Shown here piece by piece: positions 59,412-64,000 of a stretch of DNA of 64,000 bases (positions are counted from its first letter, which is position 1; every line of letters begins with the position of its first letter). Location of the stretch: assembly GCA_963785725.1 (NCBI GenBank), contig CAWAWS010000005.1:1-64000 (forward strand), given 5' to 3'. Made by a program: the position numbers and the translations under genes. The stretch is from an uncultured delta proteobacterium (GTDB taxonomy: Bacteria > Myxococcota_A > Polyangia > Palsa-1104). Under the pieces are notes generated by a model. That model was not told the origin of the DNA, ran no database searches, and worked only from the letters and a program-made list of their open reading frames with translations.

Positions 59412-59451
59412 GTGATCCTCCTCGAGCGTGCTCATCGCCGAATGGCCGATC

Positions 59452-59715
59452 TCATCGCGTGACGCGCACGACGTCACCGACTGGTCGCCGCGCGGTCGGC
59501 GGAACGGCCGACCCATAGCCGAGGCGCAAGACGAGCTGCGGATGTCCCGTTTGGCCCAACGGATCGCGCAGCCGCTCGCGCATGAGGAAGCGCCAAGGCT
59601 GCGAGTTGTGCGTCGAAGGCGCCAAGATGGCGAAGCGCGCGGCGAAGGCCAGCTTCTCCTCGTCCGAGCCCTGCGCCGGGAATTCGCCGACGTCCTGTCG
59701 AGCCTCGAGGTCCAT
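59452..59715 (-). pseudogene. Internally deleted Acg-type nitroreductase-family gene
   Basis: N-terminal AILAPSTHNSQPWRF joined in frame to C-terminal PQLVLRLGYG..PPTARRPVGDV. Confidence 0.8.
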
Positions 59716-59728
59716 GCTCGTTCCTTAT

Positions 59729-59818
59729 TGCCAATGACGTGCCGGCGCGAAAAGCCGGCCGAGCGTTCCCGATCGCGCAAGCGATGCGCCGGCGCTCGAT
59801 GGAGACGCAAAGGCAGCG
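59729..59818 (-). promoter_or_regulatory. sigma-54 promoter + activator pair
   Basis: CGGCACGTCATTGGCA (59729-59744); CGCAAGCGATGCG (59776) and CGCAAAGGCAGCG (59806). Confidence 0.68.
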
Positions 59819-60015
59819 CGAACGCACGCGCGCGCCGACTGACGCCGAGCGTCGCGCCCAGCTGCGGGCGCAGTCGCCGTAACACGCTCGAAGATGCCTT
59901 TACTGCGCGAAGTCAATGGGCGGCGTGAAGAGCAACGGTTGCGCGGGACAGCGTGCCGTGCCGCGGCGCTTACGGGCGCGACGCGTCGGTGGTCGAGTCG
60001 AGCTCGGTCCGGGGA

Positions 60016-61389
<1,374 letters not shown>

Positions 61390-61511
61390 CTGTTCCTCTC
61401 GATTCCGCTGTTCGCCAGGCAAGCCATCGTCGAATCGGTGCGCGCAACTGCTCCTGCGAGCCAAGCAAGCTTCGCGCCAGCCAGAGGAACCCAGCTGGCG
61501 CGTCACACGCC

Positions 61512-61554
61512 GGCAAACGTTGCGCCGGTACCGAGCACAAACGCAAGCTTTGCG
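61512..61554. promoter_or_regulatory. Paired palindromic sites upstream of the activator gene
   Basis: GGCAAACGTTGCG (61512) and CGCAAGCTTTGCG (61542), 30 bp apart. Confidence 0.7.
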
Positions 61555-61627
61555 CGTATCAGTCCAGCTGAGGCGGAGCCTGCGGCGAGTCGTTCTTTCT
61601 AGGGCGACACGCGTCGGGATGGAGGCG

Positions 61628-62434
61628 CTATCGCTTCGGCGCTCCGGCCGTCCGCGGTTCACGTTCGAGGAGCCACCAGCGCGGCCGCGGGCGACGGTAG
61701 CTCAAGCCGAAGTCGGACAGCGCACGGGCGCGCACCAAGGCGGCGGCCTCTTGCGGCGAGTCGGTCAGCACGAGGCGGTCGACATCGATGACGTCGATAG
61801 TGCCGCTGCCGAGCAGTCGCTCGCGCAGATAGCCGAGCAGCGGACGCCAATGATCGACGCCCAAGAGGACGATGGGAAAGTCGATCATCTTGCCGGTCTG
61901 AATCAGGACGGCCACTTCGAAGAGCTCATCGAGCGTCCCAAAGCCGCCCGGCACGGCGATAAAGGCGTAGGAGTATTTGGCCAACATCAGCTTGCGCACG
62001 AAGAAATAGCGAAACTGCACCCAGTCATCGAGATAGACGTTCGGCCTCTGTTCGGCGGGCAGGATGATGTTGCAACCGATCGAGCGGCCCTGGACATCCT
62101 TGGCGCCGCGATTGGCCGCCTCCATCAGCCCCGGCCCGCCGCCGGTCAAGACCGTGAATCCAGCGCGCGCGAGCTCGGCCCCGAGCTCCCGCGTCATCGC
62201 ATAATAGGGATGAGTCGGGCCGAAGCGCGCCGAGCCGAAAACCGTCGCGCACGGCCCGGCGAAGTGCAGGTGGCGAAAGCCGCGAATCATCTCGCCGAAG
62301 ACGCGGAAGGCAACGCGGAGCTCACGGTGTCGTGCGCGCGGGCCGACGAGAAATCGCTGCTCCTCGGCATCGCCCGTCGACTTGCCCCATTCCGGCTCCT
62401 CTGGCGTCGCGGCCGGGGCCAGCGGCTGGCTCAT
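61628..62434 (-). CDS. LOG family (TIGR00730-type) nucleotide phosphoribohydrolase
   Basis: [37 protein letters not shown]. Confidence 0.92.
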   Translation of the reverse strand: MSQPLAPAATPEEPEWGKSTGDAEEQRFLVGPRARHRELRVAFRVFGEMIRGFRHLHFAGPCATVFGSARFGPTHPYYAMTRELGAELARAGFTVLTGGGPGLMEAANRGAKDVQGRSIGCNIILPAEQRPNVYLDDWVQFRYFFVRKLMLAKYSYAFIAVPGGFGTLDELFEVAVLIQTGKMIDFPIVLLGVDHWRPLLGYLRERLLGSGTIDVIDVDRLVLTDSPQEAAALVRARALSDFGLSYRRPRPRWWLLEREPRTAGAPKR

Positions 62435-62469
62435 CTCCCGCTCGGATCTTGGCGCATGTCGCAGCGCCA

Positions 62470-62573
62470 TGCGAGCGACATGCCGATATGAGCAGTCACC
62501 CTCGAGCACCCGTCGGTCACTCATCTCGATGCGATCTGCGCGAGACGGCCTGAGATGCGGCACGCGCCTTGCT
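62470..62573. promoter_or_regulatory. Divergent sigma-54 promoters
   Basis: Minus CGGCATGTCGCTCGCA (62470-62485); plus CGGCACGCGCCTTGCT (62558-62573). Confidence 0.68.
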
Positions 62574-62670
62574 GTCTGCCAGACGTGAAGCTGCCCATGA
62601 TGAAGTCGAAGATGATACTGAGCCAGGCTGGCAGTCCGGCGCCGCAGCTGACCTCGGACCGGTGGTTCTA

Positions 62671-63042
62671 ATGGCGTCCCACCCTCCAGCCGGCGGAGGT
62701 GCTCCGGCGCGGATTCTCGTCGTCGACGCGGAGCCGAACGCGACGTCTGCGCTGGCCGAGCTCTTGGGCGACGAAGGCTACGAGGTCTATTGCGCGGACA
62801 ACGGGGCGTCGGCGCAAGTGAGCTTGCAAGCGCTGTGTCCCGATCTGCTGCTGACCGGTCTGCAACTTCCCGGCGCCCAATCGCTCGAGGAGACCGCCGC
62901 GCAGCTCTCGACGGCCATCGTGCGCATGCTGGCGACCGGTCCGGTTCGTGGCGACGGATCGGCCGTGCTGCTCAAGCCGATCGATGTCGGCGAGCTGTTG
63001 GCGATGGTCGAGGGCGCGCTGGCACGGCGACACTCCCGTTAG
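62671..63042 (+). CDS. Atypical single-domain receiver protein
   Basis: RILVVDAEPNATSALAELLGDEGYEV..PDLLLTGLQLPG..LKPIDV; Gly at the phosphoacceptor position. Confidence 0.75.
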   Translation: MASHPPAGGGAPARILVVDAEPNATSALAELLGDEGYEVYCADNGASAQVSLQALCPDLLLTGLQLPGAQSLEETAAQLSTAIVRMLATGPVRGDGSAVLLKPIDVGELLAMVEGALARRHSR

Positions 63043-63149
63043 AAGCGAGTGACACGACGCCACCTCATGCGAAAGACCGAGGCATGGTGGTCGGCGGACC
63101 GATGACGAGCCGGACGGCCCGAGGCTGAGCCGAGCGGCAGCAGCGGTGC

Positions 63150-63430
63150 GCCGCGTGGCGTCGTTCTTCTCGTCGACGACAACGCGGCTCTCGTCGACAA
63201 CTTGTGCGAGATCGTCGAGGACGCCGGATTCCGCACGCGCCGCGCCCACGGCTTCGTCGAGGCCCACGCGCAAGCGGCCAGAGGATTGGACGACGGCTTG
63301 TCTCTTGCTGACCGCTGCAGCTATCGAACGTCACCGCGCGGCGCTGCAAGAGGCCGGGCGCATCGCGGACGTGCGCATCAGCGAAGGCCCGGCGCCCAAG
63401 CGGGCGCGCACGCGACGCACGCGTCATGTG
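63150..63430 (+). pseudogene. Degenerate receiver-domain fragment
   Basis: GVVLLVDDNAALVDNLCEIVEDAGF resembles the second REC of the 30998 regulator; central part missing or frameshifted. Confidence 0.5.
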
Positions 63431-63458
63431 CGGCCGCTCGCGATGAAACCGCCGTCAT

Positions 63459-63474
63459 TGGAACGTTTGATGCT
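63459..63474 (+). promoter_or_regulatory. sigma-54 promoter
   Basis: TGGAACGTTTGATGCT. Confidence 0.68.
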
Positions 63475-63496
63475 TATGCGACGAGCGGAGGCAATC

Positions 63497-64000
63497 ATGG
63501 ACGTCTACGAGATTATGACGACGCCAGCTCAAACGCTGAACCCGGAAAATACGCTCGATAGCGCCGCCCGCTTGATGCGCGACCGCTCAGTCGGTTGCGT
63601 GCCCATTGTCAGCACCGACGACAAGCTCATCGGCATCCTGACCGATCGCGACATCGTCATGGCGGCTTCGCTGGCCGACCGGACCTTGTCGTCGCTGCGC
63701 ATCGCCGATGCCATGCACGCGCCGGTGCACGCGTGTCACGCCGACGACGACATCGCGGTGTCCGCGCGCATCATGCGTCAGCATCGCGTGCGGCGGCTGC
63801 CGGTCGTCGACGCCACCGATCGGCCTATCGGCATCGTGTCGCTGGACGACCTGGCCAACGCTTCCCGCCAGCCGACGATCGATCCCACGCCCGGCTTGAC
63901 CGCCGACGAGCCCGGCGACGCCTATCATGCGACCTCGGGCCGCAGCAAACAGCCGCACGACAGCCAGCCGGACTGGATGCAGCGCGCGAGACAACGCTAA
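63497..64000 (+). CDS. CBS-pair protein (third copy of the 48368 type)
   Basis: VGCVPIV..GILTDRDI..SLDDL..DPTPGLTADE..YHATSGRSK. Confidence 0.92.
   Translation: MDVYEIMTTPAQTLNPENTLDSAARLMRDRSVGCVPIVSTDDKLIGILTDRDIVMAASLADRTLSSLRIADAMHAPVHACHADDDIAVSARIMRQHRVRRLPVVDATDRPIGIVSLDDLANASRQPTIDPTPGLTADEPGDAYHATSGRSKQPHDSQPDWMQRARQR

Overview
High-GC bacterial DNA, most likely from a myxobacterium (Polyangia-like, inferred from the Cys-rich lipoproteins and the Anaeromyxobacter-type globin kinase). Many single-base frameshifts suggest long-read errors and/or decay. There are four zones. (1) 1-11.4 kb: a phage-satellite/PICI-like integrated element with RepB-type primase, SF3 helicase, an iteron-rich putative ori, HTH, DUF3102-like and cold-shock genes, and an OLD-family nuclease. 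It ends at a 16-nt tRNA-fMet 3' fragment. (2) 11.4-18.6 kb: integration debris (a decapitated serine recombinase fused in frame to an IS481 fragment, a second recombinase remnant, an IS66 remnant) around a P450/UbiA/PAP2 cluster. (3) 18.7-30.9 kb: secreted Cys-rich proteins and LysR/SDR oxidoreductase cassettes. (4) 31-64 kb: a putative low-oxygen island. It holds a globin-coupled histidine kinase and its regulator, 6 USPs, 7 CBS proteins, Adh, CoA-transferase, MgtA, Pgm, an Acg remnant and an NtrC-type activator. At its centre is a 7-gene, about 40-heme operon that looks like a complete quinol-to-surface electron conduit (MtrC/OmcA-like decaheme, Geobacter-type CxxxxCH multiheme, porin, 13-heme, NapC/CymA-like, monoheme c). 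Across zone 4 I read about 17 sigma-54 (-24/-12) promoters and 10 paired CGCAA-N3-(T/C)TGCG palindromes, nine of them 30-31 bp apart. This points to one co-regulated regulon, with several apparently leaderless transcripts. All family assignments come from motif recognition by eye, not database searches.
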